Below are positions 20,648 through 31,202 of a stretch of DNA of 48,423 bases, one piece after another. Position 1 is the first letter of the stretch. Each line of letters starts with the position of its first letter. A model generated the notes under the pieces. The model made no database searches, was not told the DNA's origin, and saw nothing but the letters and a program-made list of their open reading frames with translations. Location of the stretch: contig CABRZA010000001.1 of NCBI GenBank assembly GCA_902475285.1, forward strand, positions 1 through 48,423, read 5' to 3'. Both the position numbers and the translations under genes were made by a program. This stretch comes from an uncultured Porphyromonadaceae bacterium (GTDB lineage: Bacteria > Bacteroidota > Bacteroidia > Bacteroidales > Muribaculaceae).

Positions 20648-21526
20648 TCAGTCGGCCCAATGGAGTTTGCGCCTGAGGGTGTCGGCGAAAGTGCGGTCGG
20701 TGCGGCGCATCACGGCGATATCGAAGTCGGCGCGGCGGAGGAAAAGCTCGGTGCCGCTTTCGAGGAGCACGCTGCGGCCGTCGAGAGCCAGGCGGAAATG
20801 CGACGCGCGGCCGCCGGCCACCACGCGCAGGCACGAGTCGGCGCCAACCACGAGCGGGCGCATCGACAGCGAGTGCGCCGCCACAGGCGAGAGCACCCAT
20901 ACCGGCACGGTGGGCTGCACTATCGGGCCGCCGACAGAAAGATTGTAGGCCGTGCTGCCCGTCGACGTGGCTATTATCAGGCCGTCGGCACGGTAGCGCG
21001 CCAGAGGCACGCCGTCGATGTCGACGTCGGCCGAAATCATCGACGCCGACTCCTCCTTTTGGAGCGCCACCTCGTTGAGGGCAAAACAGCCCACGGCAGG
21101 CGGCAGCTGCGGCCCCTCCACTTGCAGCACGCAGCGGTGCTCAACCGTAAAGGCTCCCCCGGCAAGCATCGCCGGCAGGTCGGGCAGCTCCTCAACGGCA
21201 AGCGCCGAAAGGAAGCCCAGATGGCCCGTGTTGACCCCAACCAAAGGTATGCGCTGCGGGCCGAGCCACTGCGCCGTGCGGAGGAAGGTGCCGTCGCCGC
21301 CGAGACTCACGCCCGCATCGGCCGCAGGCACTTCGCCGAACGGCACGCGGTGCACGCCTTCAAGAAGAGCCGGAGCGAGACCAAGGAGATAGTCGTAGAG
21401 TTTGGCGTGCATGTCGAGGGCTATGCCGCGCGAGCGGACCTCGGCCACAAACTCCGATATATAAGTCAGATAAGGTTGCTGGCGTTTGCTGCCGTAGACG
21501 GCAAGACGGCTCACGGGTCCGGTCAT
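20648..21526 (-). CDS. nadK: NAD kinase
   Basis: SLGGDGTFL, GVNTGHLGFL, ALNE, ADGLIIATSTGSTAYNLSVGGP. Confidence 0.95.
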   Translation of the reverse strand: MTGPVSRLAVYGSKRQQPYLTYISEFVAEVRSRGIALDMHAKLYDYLLGLAPALLEGVHRVPFGEVPAADAGVSLGGDGTFLRTAQWLGPQRIPLVGVNTGHLGFLSALAVEELPDLPAMLAGGAFTVEHRCVLQVEGPQLPPAVGCFALNEVALQKEESASMISADVDIDGVPLARYRADGLIIATSTGSTAYNLSVGGPIVQPTVPVWVLSPVAAHSLSMRPLVVGADSCLRVVAGGRASHFRLALDGRSVLLESGTELFLRRADFDIAVMRRTDRTFADTLRRKLHWAD

Positions 21527-21900
21527 ATTTCGAGATATCGGAAAAATTCGTCGATGCGGCGGCGAAGGATGTCGTTGTCGGAAGTGCCGGGGTGGTCGAC
21601 CTCGAGCACAGTGAAGCCGTAGCGCTCCAACGAACGCGATATGCTGTCGCTGTTGCGGTGGCTCACGCGTATGTCGACCATCACGGGGAATTTGGGTTCG
21701 GGCATAGGGCCGTCGGCCGAGCCTTTGTCGACGGCCGGCTTGAACTCCTGCGAGGTGACGTTGAGGTTGAGCAGATGAGCGTTGCAGTCCTCAACGGCAT
21801 GCGCTATGCGCGAAGCGCTGTAGTCTTCGCGGCGGCAACCCACCAGCAGACGCGAGCTGTCGGCCACGGCGGGATAGAGATACTCGTTTTCGGGGAACAT
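21523..21900 (-). CDS. Small ACT-like protein resembling the C-terminal domain of Bacteroidetes CBS/AcuB-type proteins
   Basis: DYSASRIAHAVEDCNAHLLNL and SISRSLERYGFTV; stop overlaps the nadK start; alternative GTG start at 21912. Confidence 0.6.
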   Translation of the reverse strand: MFPENEYLYPAVADSSRLLVGCRREDYSASRIAHAVEDCNAHLLNLNVTSQEFKPAVDKGSADGPMPEPKFPVMVDIRVSHRNSDSISRSLERYGFTVLEVDHPGTSDNDILRRRIDEFFRYLEI

Positions 21901-21979
21901 ATGCGGTTTCACTCCTTAATTTTTTGACCTTGACGGCATCATTCCGGCCAAAATCTTTCGTCGTTTATAATTTTCTGAG

Positions 21980-21987
21980 TACTTTTG
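21980..21987 (+). promoter_or_regulatory. Putative -7 promoter element for pdxJ operon
   Basis: TACTTTTG about 80 nt upstream of the pdxJ ATG in an AT-rich divergent intergenic region. Confidence 0.5.
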
Positions 21988-22068
21988 CATGTCGAAAGCG
22001 CCGCGCGGGCGCCGCCCATGCATATCGAACTACAAATATACAACTTTTTCCGCACATACAAGCAAAGA

Positions 22069-22782
22069 ATGACAAATCTTAGCGTTAATATAAACAAAAT
22101 CGCCACTTTGCGCAATGCCCGCGGCGAGAACCGCCCCGATGTCCTGGCCGCCGCGCTCGACATCGAGAGCTTCGGCGCCGACGGCATAACAGTGCATCCC
22201 CGACCCGACGAGCGACACATACGCCGCGACGACGTATACCGCCTCCGCCCGGCACTCAAATGCGAGTTCAACATCGAAGGATACCCGGCGCCCGAATTTG
22301 TCGACCTCGTGCTCAAAGTGCGTCCCACGCAGGTTACGCTCGTGCCCGACAGCCCCGACGCACTCACTTCAAACGCCGGTTGGGACGTTGTGGCCAACGC
22401 CGACTTCCTCACCTCTCTTGTGGAGCGCTTCAAGGACGCCGGCGTGCGCACGTCGATTTTCGTCGACCCCGTCGCCGAGCAGATAAAGGCCGCCGCCGCC
22501 ACGGGCGCCGACCGCGTGGAGCTATACACAAAGCCCTACGCCGACATTTACCCCAGCGACCCCGAGCGCGCCGTCGAGCCATATGTCGCCGCCGCACTCG
22601 CCGCCAAGAAGCTCGGCCTGGGCATCAACGCGGGCCATGACCTCAACCTCGACAACCTCGCCTTCTTCCACACCCGCATACCCTTCCTGGCCGAAGTGTC
22701 GATAGGCCACGCACTCATATGCGACGCCCTCTACCTCGGCCTCAAAGAAACGGTGGCCCAATACCGCAAATGTCTCCTTTAA
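22069..22782 (+). CDS. pdxJ: Pyridoxine 5'-phosphate synthase
   Basis: [48 protein letters not shown]. Confidence 0.96.
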   Translation: MTNLSVNINKIATLRNARGENRPDVLAAALDIESFGADGITVHPRPDERHIRRDDVYRLRPALKCEFNIEGYPAPEFVDLVLKVRPTQVTLVPDSPDALTSNAGWDVVANADFLTSLVERFKDAGVRTSIFVDPVAEQIKAAAATGADRVELYTKPYADIYPSDPERAVEPYVAAALAAKKLGLGINAGHDLNLDNLAFFHTRIPFLAEVSIGHALICDALYLGLKETVAQYRKCLL

Positions 22783-22795
22783 CACCCTCAACACC

Positions 22796-23410
22796 ATGTC
22801 ACTGTGGCAATTATGTCTTCAAGGCGGTTGGACCATGCTGCCCCTCGCAGCGCTGCTGCTCATATGCATCTATGTGTTCGTCGAACGAACGGTGGCCGTG
22901 AACCGCGCCGCCCGCTACGACGACAACTTCATGCACCGCATCAGCGGATACATCCACGAGGGTGAGCTCGAAAGCGCCCTCAACCTCTGCCGCGCCAACG
23001 CCTCGCCCTACGCACGCCTCATCGAGAAGGGCATCACCCGCATCGGCCGCCCCATGAACGACGTGCTGGTGGCTATCGAGAACACCGGCAACATCGAAAT
23101 CGCCACACTCAGCCGAGGCCTGCCCTGGCTCGCCACCATCGCCGCCGGCGCTCCCATGATAGGCTTCCTCGGCACAGTGATAGGCATGGTGCAGGCATTC
23201 TACGCCATTGCCCAAAGCGGTTCCTCGGCCACCATCGACTCCTTCGCCTCGGGCATCTACGCCGCCCTGGTCACCACCGTGGCAGGCCTTATCGTGGGCA
23301 TCGCGGCGCTCTTTGCCTACAACTGGCTCGTGGCACGCATCAACAAGATAATGAACATGCTGGAGGCCCGCACCATGGACTTCATGGACCTCCTCAACGA
23401 GCCCGCATAA
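22796..23410 (+). CDS. exbB: MotA/TolQ/ExbB proton channel
   Basis: LATIAAGAPMIGFLGTVIGM, GIYAALVTTVAGL. Confidence 0.9.
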   Translation: MSLWQLCLQGGWTMLPLAALLLICIYVFVERTVAVNRAARYDDNFMHRISGYIHEGELESALNLCRANASPYARLIEKGITRIGRPMNDVLVAIENTGNIEIATLSRGLPWLATIAAGAPMIGFLGTVIGMVQAFYAIAQSGSSATIDSFASGIYAALVTTVAGLIVGIAALFAYNWLVARINKIMNMLEARTMDFMDLLNEPA

Positions 23411-23868
23411 TGGCACTCAAACGTCAACAGGAGATGCTGGCCACGTTCTCGATGGCCTCGATGACCGACGTGGTGTTCCTCCTTCTGGTCTTCTTCATGG
23501 TCACGTCGTCGTTCGTCTTCCCCACGGCGCTCGAAATCGACCTCCCCGAAAGCTCGCAGCAGACGCCCGTGAAGCCTTCGACGCGTGTATTCGTCGACGC
23601 CGACGGCATATATTATGTGGCAGCGCCCGGTGCCGACGCTCCCGTAGAGGTGGCTCCCGACTCACTTATGGGCTTCTTCGCCACAATCGCTCCCGCCGAC
23701 TCGCTCGGCGCCGTGGCCGTGTATGCCGACGAGGACGTGACCTACGGCAAGATTGTACGCCTCCTCAACCTCGGCGCCGACAACGGCGTGAAGATGGTGC
23801 TCGCCACACGCCCCGCCACTGCCGCCGACGCCGCAGCCACAACAACACCCGACACCGACGCCCGATGA
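23410..23868 (+). CDS. exbD: Biopolymer transporter ExbD
   Basis: SMTDVVFLLLVFFMVTS, IDLP; coupled to exbB by a TAATG overlap. Confidence 0.9.
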   Translation: MALKRQQEMLATFSMASMTDVVFLLLVFFMVTSSFVFPTALEIDLPESSQQTPVKPSTRVFVDADGIYYVAAPGADAPVEVAPDSLMGFFATIAPADSLGAVAVYADEDVTYGKIVRLLNLGADNGVKMVLATRPATAADAAATTTPDTDAR

Positions 23869-24659
23869 AGCGCTCCCGCGCCATAGCCCTCACCGCCACA
23901 GCAGCATGCGCCACAGCGATAGTGCTGCTGCTCCTGGGCGTGCATCTCACCTTCGACCCGGCCACATTGCGGCAGCCGCCCCGGCCGATGACCGAAGTGG
24001 CAGCCATTGAGGAGGAGTACGTCGACTTCCTCGACCAGACGCGCACGCCCTCCGACCCCGCGCCCGCACGCGCCGACGAAGCGCAGCGTGCCGAAAGCCA
24101 CGCCGCCGAGACCTCGGGCTCCGACCGCGCCGACGCCGGCAAAGCCGCGCCGGCACCCGTCGAGAAGACCTCCCTGCGACCCTCGCCCGTGAAAAAGGCG
24201 GAGAAGAAGCCCCGCCCCGCAGGCCCCGCCAAAGAGCAGAATGCCGAAGAAGAGGCACGCCGGAGGGCGCGAAAGGGAGTGGCCGATGCTTTCAGCACCG
24301 ACGAAAAGACCAACGACAATACCGAAGCCGCCGGCAAGACAAAAGGCAACAGCGGCAGCCCCGACGGCACCGACTCTGCCGTCGACGGCTCGGGCACCGG
24401 CAGCGTGGGCGGAGGATGGATAATGCCAAAATACGCCAAGGTAGCCTCAGCGCTTACCGGACGCGTCGAACTCCGCGCCATCGTAGGACGCGACGGACAG
24501 GTCATATCCGTCGAACAGACCGGCGGCAAAGCCCCCGCCGGCAGCGACCCCGCCGTGGTGGCGCGCTGCATAGCAGAAGTGAAGCGACGCCGTTTCACCC
24601 GCCGCGACGCCGCAGCCCCCGACCGCGCCACGGCAACCATAATCTACACCTTCCGCTGA
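23865..24659 (+). CDS. TonB/TolA-like energy transducer
   Basis: N-terminal TM anchor, Pro/Ala/Lys-rich linker, C-terminal GRVELRAIVGRDGQV...TIIYTF; follows exbBD. Confidence 0.75.
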   Translation: MKRSRAIALTATAACATAIVLLLLGVHLTFDPATLRQPPRPMTEVAAIEEEYVDFLDQTRTPSDPAPARADEAQRAESHAAETSGSDRADAGKAAPAPVEKTSLRPSPVKKAEKKPRPAGPAKEQNAEEEARRRARKGVADAFSTDEKTNDNTEAAGKTKGNSGSPDGTDSAVDGSGTGSVGGGWIMPKYAKVASALTGRVELRAIVGRDGQVISVEQTGGKAPAGSDPAVVARCIAEVKRRRFTRRDAAAPDRATATIIYTFR

Positions 24660-24782
24660 GAAGCGGAGGCTCATCCAATTTCCCGTTAGACAATAAGCAA
24701 AAATCTTGCCAAAACACGCCATGGCAGTTTGCCGGTTTGCGAATTATTTCGTAACTTGCAGCAAATTTCGTATCTTTCGACC

Positions 24783-26864
24783 ATGGAACTCAAATACGAC
24801 GTCTTCATAAGCTATTCTCATTGCGACCGCAAGGTGGCCGAGGCCCTGTGCGGATACCTCGAAAGCCGGGGCCTACGCTGCTTCATCGACTACCGCGACA
24901 TCCCCCGGGGCGCCTTCTGGGCCCGAATCATACCTCCGGCCCTGCGCGCCAGCGCCGTAATGGTGGCCGTATACTCCGACGATTACAACCGCTCGGTGCA
25001 GGTGGAGCGCGAGCTCGCCATTGCCGACAATTCCGGCATACCCATTCTCCCCTTCCGCCTCAGCGACCACCCCTTCGGCGACGCAAAGTCGTATTATTTC
25101 GAGACCCTCAACTGGCTCGACGCCTTCCCCGATCCCGAGAAGATGTTCGGCGCCCTCGCCGACACCATAGCGGGCATAGTTGCCAAGGGCGAACGCCGGC
25201 AGGGCGCCGATACCAACGAGCCTGCGGCAGCGGCGCACTTCATATCGCAGGACGTCGAGGCCGTCAGCACCGACGACTATGCCTACGAAGACGACTACGA
25301 GGACGGAATAGCCCAAATGGTGCAGATGAACTACGCCCGTGCCGCCGAGCTGCTCATAGAGCCGGCCATGGCCAACTACCGCGACGCGCAGGAACGCATG
25401 CGGCAGCTCGCCCTCCGCGACTTCATCAACCTCATCCCCCCCAAGGTGTGGCAGAAGGTGCGCCAGGAAGCCGAGAAAGAAAACGCCTTCGCCGAATATC
25501 TCATGGCGCGGTATTATTCGGCCGTCGACATCGACGACGACATATCCTTCGAGTACTCGGCCCGTTCGGCCCGTCAGGGCAACCTATTCGGACGCTTCGA
25601 CTTCGCCAAGGTTCACGAGCTCGGCATAGGGGCAGAGAAGGATATCGATTTCGCCATGGGAGAATTCAAGGACCTCGACCGACGCGCCTTCGGGCCGGCC
25701 ACGGTAGAACTGGCGCGCCAGTACCTATACGGCTACAACGGCCCCCGGAACGTCAGCCGCGGCCTCCGGGTGCTTCGCCGGGGCGTCGAGGCCGGCGACA
25801 TAAACTGCATCCAGGAGTACGGCACGATGCTCATCGGCGGCGACGGCGTGGACCGCGACGTCGAAAAAGGCCGCGAGCTCCTGCAGCAGTGCGTCGACGC
25901 CGGGCTGCCCACAGCGCTCGAGCTCCTGGCCGACAGCTACCTCTTCGACTACCCTACCGGCGGCGTAAACGACGCCGAGAGCATACACCGCGCCATAAAC
26001 CTCTACAACCTCGGCGCACGCAAGCTCAATCCGCAGTGCATGGGCAAGCTCGGCTTCATAGCCCTCAACCATGCCGACGCCGCAGGGCTCGCCGTCGACC
26101 CCGCCAAGGGCATCGAGTGGTACCGCAAGGCCATGGAGCTGGGCCACATGCTTTCGATGAGCCAGCTGGGATTCGCATATTACTACGGCACCGGCACTGA
26201 TGAAAACAACGACGAAGCCTGGCGTTGCTTCTGGCGCGCGCACCGCCTCACCGACGGCACATCGGAGTATATGCTCGGCATGATGTGCCTCGAGGGCACC
26301 GCTCCCGACGGGCGCACCCTGCTCGACGCTCTCGGTTTCTTCGAAAACGCCCTCTACCTCGGCGGCTGGGGCGGAGGAAGCGCTGCGAAAGACCTCTTCC
26401 GCTTCACCGCCACACCGGCATTCCTCGAAGGCTTCCCCACCAAGGAAGTCGACCTCGCCGACCTCGCCGAGTGCCCCAAGGACGACGCCAAGGCCCTCGA
26501 ATACCTCCGCCGAGGCGCCGACTACGACGAAGCCACATGTGCCTACCTCCTGGGCTGCGCCCTCACCGACCCCTCGCGCCCCTACGCCGACCCCGGCGAG
26601 GGCATAGAGTACCTCGAAAAAGCCCTCGCGTCGGCATGGGCGTGCCCGGCCGCCAACCTGCGCCTCTATCAGGTCTACACCCAGGGCATAGGCGTGATGC
26701 CCGACGCCGCCAAAGCCCGGGAATACCTCGACGCCGCCGCCGAAACCCTCGGCGCCGACGTGGCACGGATGTTCGCCGAAAGGATTTGCCCCTCCGACAG
26801 TCACGGCAGTTCGCCGAACAATAAATTCGGCTCCGGCGACTCCAAATTCAGCTCCAAGTTTTGA
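24783..26864 (+). CDS. TIR domain protein with Sel1-like repeats
   Basis: KYDVFISYSHCD, LESRGLRCFID.RDI..G, S.DYNRS.QVEREL..A, PILPFRL; then SLR motifs (LGFAYYYGTG, A..WYRKAMELG, YMLGMMCLEG). Confidence 0.88.
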   Translation: MELKYDVFISYSHCDRKVAEALCGYLESRGLRCFIDYRDIPRGAFWARIIPPALRASAVMVAVYSDDYNRSVQVERELAIADNSGIPILPFRLSDHPFGDAKSYYFETLNWLDAFPDPEKMFGALADTIAGIVAKGERRQGADTNEPAAAAHFISQDVEAVSTDDYAYEDDYEDGIAQMVQMNYARAAELLIEPAMANYRDAQERMRQLALRDFINLIPPKVWQKVRQEAEKENAFAEYLMARYYSAVDIDDDISFEYSARSARQGNLFGRFDFAKVHELGIGAEKDIDFAMGEFKDLDRRAFGPATVELARQYLYGYNGPRNVSRGLRVLRRGVEAGDINCIQEYGTMLIGGDGVDRDVEKGRELLQQCVDAGLPTALELLADSYLFDYPTGGVNDAESIHRAINLYNLGARKLNPQCMGKLGFIALNHADAAGLAVDPAKGIEWYRKAMELGHMLSMSQLGFAYYYGTGTDENNDEAWRCFWRAHRLTDGTSEYMLGMMCLEGTAPDGRTLLDALGFFENALYLGGWGGGSAAKDLFRFTATPAFLEGFPTKEVDLADLAECPKDDAKALEYLRRGADYDEATCAYLLGCALTDPSRPYADPGEGIEYLEKALASAWACPAANLRLYQVYTQGIGVMPDAAKAREYLDAAAETLGADVARMFAERICPSDSHGSSPNNKFGSGDSKFSSKF

Positions 26865-27646
26865 CCGCCTCACCGAGCGACCGCACGGCACGCATTGCCG
26901 CCGCTGCACTGGTAATCGTCACCGCTGCAATGATAGCCGTGGTGGCCTCGTGGCGCATCATACGCCCCGTGCCGCCGCACGTCGACATCGACGCCGAGCG
27001 CTTCCCCGTACGCGGCATCGACATATCGGCCCACAACGGCCCCGTCGACTTCGACAGTGTGGCCGCAGCCGGCATCGACTTCGTCTACATCAAGGCCAGC
27101 GAGGGCCGCTACTTCCGCGACCGCGCCTTCATGGACAACTACCTCGCCGCCCGCCGCGCGGGCCTCGCCGTAGGCGCCTATCACTTCTTCCGCTTCGACT
27201 GCGACGCCGAGGCGCAGGCCGACAACTTCCTGGCGGCAATCGTAGGCTGCGACCTGCGCCTTCCCCCGGCCATCGACATCGAGGCCTGGGGCAACCCCGA
27301 CGGCTTCGCCGACGACAGCATAAGCCGCCGCCTGCGCCACATGGCGTCGCTCGTGGCCGACCGCCGCGGCCGCTGCATGGTGTACACCAACAAGCAGGGC
27401 GCCGCACGTTTTCTCGATGCTTTCGCCGACGCTCCCGCCGACAGCATCGACTACTGGATATGCTCCTTCTCGCAGCAGCCTCCCGCCGGCGACTGGCACC
27501 TGTGGCAGCACAGCCATATGGGACGCGTGCCGGGCATACGCGGCAACGTCGACCTCAACACCTTCCGCGGCACATACGCCGCATGGTACGCCTACCTCGA
27601 TTCCATAATCCCGACCCCGGGCCCGCAACCGCCGACGGCACAATAA
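26861..27646 (+). CDS. GH25 family lysozyme/muramidase with N-terminal membrane anchor
   Basis: GIDISAHNG, FVYIKASEG, GAYHFF, PPAIDIE (DxE), WQHS, VDLN; TTG start overlapping the TIR stop is uncertain. Confidence 0.85.
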   Translation: MTASPSDRTARIAAAALVIVTAAMIAVVASWRIIRPVPPHVDIDAERFPVRGIDISAHNGPVDFDSVAAAGIDFVYIKASEGRYFRDRAFMDNYLAARRAGLAVGAYHFFRFDCDAEAQADNFLAAIVGCDLRLPPAIDIEAWGNPDGFADDSISRRLRHMASLVADRRGRCMVYTNKQGAARFLDAFADAPADSIDYWICSFSQQPPAGDWHLWQHSHMGRVPGIRGNVDLNTFRGTYAAWYAYLDSIIPTPGPQPPTAQ

Positions 27647-27709
27647 TTCGGGCTGCACGACGTTATTCTGTTGGCGGCAGTGTGCCGCAGCCACACTCAT
27701 TATCGCGAA

Positions 27710-30700
27710 ATGACTAAAATAATACGCTATATATCTCTCCTCATCATCTTCGGCCTCGGCTCCGCCACGGCACGCGCCCTCGACCTCGGCACCTACGCCG
27801 ATACGTCGGCGCTTGCCGAAGGCACATGGGTCAAGGTTGCCGTCGCCACCGACGGCCTCTACGCCATATCGCCCGCGCAACTCCGCGCCTGGGGCATCGA
27901 CCCGCAGCGCGCCGTGGTGCGCGGCTACGGCGGCCGACGCATACCCCAGGCCCTCACCCGCTCGAATTTCGTCGACGACCTCCCCGTGGCGCCCTGCGAC
28001 TACGACGAACGCCTCGGCCTGGTGTTCTTCGGCACCGGCTCCGGCGAGTGGAAGACAACCACAACCTACGACCGCTACTGGTTCCAGCAGAACGACTACA
28101 CCCCCGCCGGCTACTACTATGTGGGCCAACTCCCCGAGGGCGAGACGCGCGCAGGACTCACCGAATACGACGGCACGCACCTCAACGGCACGCCCCACAC
28201 CACCTTCACCGAGCGGGTGCAGTACGAGCGCGAGCTCACGCCCGTCCCGGGCGAAGCGGGCCCCGCGCTCCTGGGCGAGGACTTCCGCTACACCACGCGC
28301 CGCAGTTTCTCCTTCAAGCTCAAAGGTATAGCGCCCGACGCCACGATATGGCTCCGCACCTCGTTCGTATCGAACACCTCCGCCCCCGGCCAGCTCAACT
28401 TCAAGGTCAACGGCACCGGGCTCGAGTACAACACCTCCGACCGCGTGGCACAGAAATCGAGCAACCAGTATGTCTTCGCCAACCACACCGAAAGCACACA
28501 CACCTTCGACTACGACGGCAAGGGCGAGGACATGACCGTCGAAATGCAGTTCACCGGCGGAGGCGCCGTAAGCGGCGCATGGCTCAACTTCATGACCGTC
28601 AACTACACCCGCCCCCTCGCCCTCCCCTCGGAAGGCTATCTGATATTCTCCTCGCCGCGCCGCAACCTTTCGTTCGACGGCGTGGCGCAGCTTGCCGGCC
28701 TGCGTGTGTGGGATGTAACCAACCCCGTCAAGCCCCTGAGCATGAAGACCGCGGCCGAGGGCCCGGCCGTGCAGTGGTGCGGCCTCAACATGGGCAACAT
28801 GGCAGCCACCTATGCCGTATGGTCGCCGGCGGCATCACTGCCCGCGCCCGTGACCGTAGGCACCGTGGCCAACCAGAACCTCCACGCGCACAGCGACTTC
28901 GACATGGTCATAGTGTCGCCCGCGGCATTCGCCGAGCAGGCCCGGCGCCTGGCCGACTTCCACGCCAACGGCACCGACAGCCTCCGCGTGGCAGTGGTGA
29001 CGCCCGACGAGATATACAATGAATTCTCTTCCGGCTCGGCCGACCCCGGGGCGCTGCGCCGCTACTTCAAGATGCTCCACGACCGCAGCCTGCTGGGCGA
29101 CCATCCCCTGCGCTACGTCATCCTCTTCGGACGCACCACGCAGGACAACCGCGGCATCACCGCCGGCGCGCCATCCTACCCCACCATACCCTCATGGATG
29201 CCCGAGGGCGTGGCAGCTTCGCTCAGCGACAACTCCGGCTACTGCACCGACGACGTAACAGCCATGCTCGACGACGGCTCCGGCTCGGCGCTCACCACAT
29301 CGAAGCTCACCATCGCCATCGGACGCATACCCGTCACGTCGCTCGCCTCGGCCCGCGACGTGGTCGACAAGCTCCTCCAATACGCCACCAAGTCGAAGAA
29401 GAGCGCATGGAAGCACCGCTTCATGTTCCTCGCCGACGACCAGGACCAGGGCGCACACCTCACGCATACCGAAAACCTCATCAAACAGTACGAAGTATCG
29501 GGCGGCGACCGCATGCTCCCCCGCAAGGTATACCTCGACTCATACACCTTCGTCGGCGACCGCTACCCCGACGCCCGTGCAGCAATGTTCCGCGCTCTCG
29601 AAGAAGGCGTGGTGTGGTGGAACTTCATAGGCCACGCCAACACCTCCGGCTGGACCCACGAGCACCAGCTCAGCTACGCCGACATCAACCAGCTCTACCT
29701 CCGCCACTGGCCCTTCATCTACGCCGCCACGTGCGAGTTCCTCCGCATCGACGGCAGCTCGGTGAGCGGCGGCGAGCTCATGTTCCTCCAGCGCAACGGC
29801 GGCGCCGTGGGCATGCTCTCGGCCGTGCGCCCCGTCTACATCTCCAACAACGGCCTCCTCTCCTCCGCCATGGGCCGCGCCATGGCAATGAAGGACGACA
29901 AGGGCCGCCCCCTCCCCCCCGGCGAAATCTGCCGCCGGGCAAAGAACGACATCCGCAACCTCAACAACGACCGCGTGATAGCCGACGACAACCGCCTGCG
30001 CTACACCTTCATCGGCGACCCCGCGCTGCCCCTGGCCCTCCCCGCCGCCACCGTAGTGGTCGACAGCATAAAGGGCACAGCCCTCGCCGACCCCGAGGCG
30101 CAGCCCACCCTCGCCGCTCTCGAGCGGGCCACCGTGACCGGCTACATCGTCGACCCCATGGGGCAGCCCGTAACCGACTTCGACGGCATCCTCACCGCCG
30201 ACATCTTCGACGCCGAGCATACCGTAACCACCAACGGCCGCGGCGACGCCGGCAAAGTCGACAACTTCGAGGACATAGGAACGCGCATATTCGCCGGCTC
30301 AACCACCGTAACCGGCGGCCGCTTCCGCCTCGACGTGGCCATGCCGCAGGAAATAAGCCAGAACTTCCGCCCCGCCACAATGTCGCTCTATGCCTACGCC
30401 TCCGACAGCGACGACGAGGCAATAGGCCTCTGCCGCAGCTTCTATGTCTACGGCTACGACGAGAGCGCCGACCCCGACGCCACGCCCCCCGTCATAGAGA
30501 GCTTCGTGCTCAACCACGAGGACTTCCGCAGCGGCGACGCCGTGAATCCCTCGCCCATACTTCTGGCACGCCTCTCCGACGACGTGGGCATCAACGTATC
30601 AAGCGCCGGCATAGGCCACCAGATGACGGCCATTATCGACGGCACCCTCACCTACACCGACCTCAGCGACTACTACACCCCCTCGCCCGACGGCACACCC

Positions 30701-31144
30701 TCCGGAACCCTCGCCTACCCCTTCGAGAACCTCCAGCCCGGCAGCCACACCCTCACGCTCCGCGTATGGGATACCTCGGGCAACGTAGGCGAGGCAACGG
30801 TCGACTTCACCGTGGTCGAGGGCATGGCCCCCAAGCTCTACGAAGTATACTCCGACGCCAACCCCGCCTCGACGGTGGCCAACTTCTACCTCACCCACAA
30901 CCAGCCCGAGACCAACGCCACCGTAACCGTCACGGTCTACAATCTCGTGGGCACGCCCATATGGAGCGGTCAGGCCTCCGGACGCTCCGAGATGTTCACC
31001 ACCGTGCCCGTAAGCTGGGACCTCACCGACACCGCCGGCCGACGCGTGGCTCGCGGCATATATCTCTACCGCGCCACCATCAGCACCGATGGCGGCAACA
31101 CCTACGAGACTGCCTCGCGCCGACTCGCCGTCACGGCCCAATAG
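27710..31144 (+). CDS. porU: Type IX secretion system sortase PorU (C25 peptidase)
   Basis: Signal peptide; S.LAEGTWVKVAV..DGLY.I; NQNLH; IYNEFSSG..D; IGRIPV; WNFIGH and YAATCEF (His/Cys dyad); IGDPAL; CTD ending RGIYLYR. Confidence 0.9.
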   Translation: MTKIIRYISLLIIFGLGSATARALDLGTYADTSALAEGTWVKVAVATDGLYAISPAQLRAWGIDPQRAVVRGYGGRRIPQALTRSNFVDDLPVAPCDYDERLGLVFFGTGSGEWKTTTTYDRYWFQQNDYTPAGYYYVGQLPEGETRAGLTEYDGTHLNGTPHTTFTERVQYERELTPVPGEAGPALLGEDFRYTTRRSFSFKLKGIAPDATIWLRTSFVSNTSAPGQLNFKVNGTGLEYNTSDRVAQKSSNQYVFANHTESTHTFDYDGKGEDMTVEMQFTGGGAVSGAWLNFMTVNYTRPLALPSEGYLIFSSPRRNLSFDGVAQLAGLRVWDVTNPVKPLSMKTAAEGPAVQWCGLNMGNMAATYAVWSPAASLPAPVTVGTVANQNLHAHSDFDMVIVSPAAFAEQARRLADFHANGTDSLRVAVVTPDEIYNEFSSGSADPGALRRYFKMLHDRSLLGDHPLRYVILFGRTTQDNRGITAGAPSYPTIPSWMPEGVAASLSDNSGYCTDDVTAMLDDGSGSALTTSKLTIAIGRIPVTSLASARDVVDKLLQYATKSKKSAWKHRFMFLADDQDQGAHLTHTENLIKQYEVSGGDRMLPRKVYLDSYTFVGDRYPDARAAMFRALEEGVVWWNFIGHANTSGWTHEHQLSYADINQLYLRHWPFIYAATCEFLRIDGSSVSGGELMFLQRNGGAVGMLSAVRPVYISNNGLLSSAMGRAMAMKDDKGRPLPPGEICRRAKNDIRNLNNDRVIADDNRLRYTFIGDPALPLALPAATVVVDSIKGTALADPEAQPTLAALERATVTGYIVDPMGQPVTDFDGILTADIFDAEHTVTTNGRGDAGKVDNFEDIGTRIFAGSTTVTGGRFRLDVAMPQEISQNFRPATMSLYAYASDSDDEAIGLCRSFYVYGYDESADPDATPPVIESFVLNHEDFRSGDAVNPSPILLARLSDDVGINVSSAGIGHQMTAIIDGTLTYTDLSDYYTPSPDGTPSGTLAYPFENLQPGSHTLTLRVWDTSGNVGEATVDFTVVEGMAPKLYEVYSDANPASTVANFYLTHNQPETNATVTVTVYNLVGTPIWSGQASGRSEMFTTVPVSWDLTDTAGRRVARGIYLYRATISTDGGNTYETASRRLAVTAQ

Positions 31145-31202
31145 TTAAAATAGGCCATAAACTCTCGCTTTTTGGCCGAGATTTTGTAATTTTGCGCTCG
31201 TT

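Noticed and set aside
26861..27646. GH25 as a prophage endolysin
   Set aside because: No holin, integrase or phage structural genes nearby; codon usage resembles host genes
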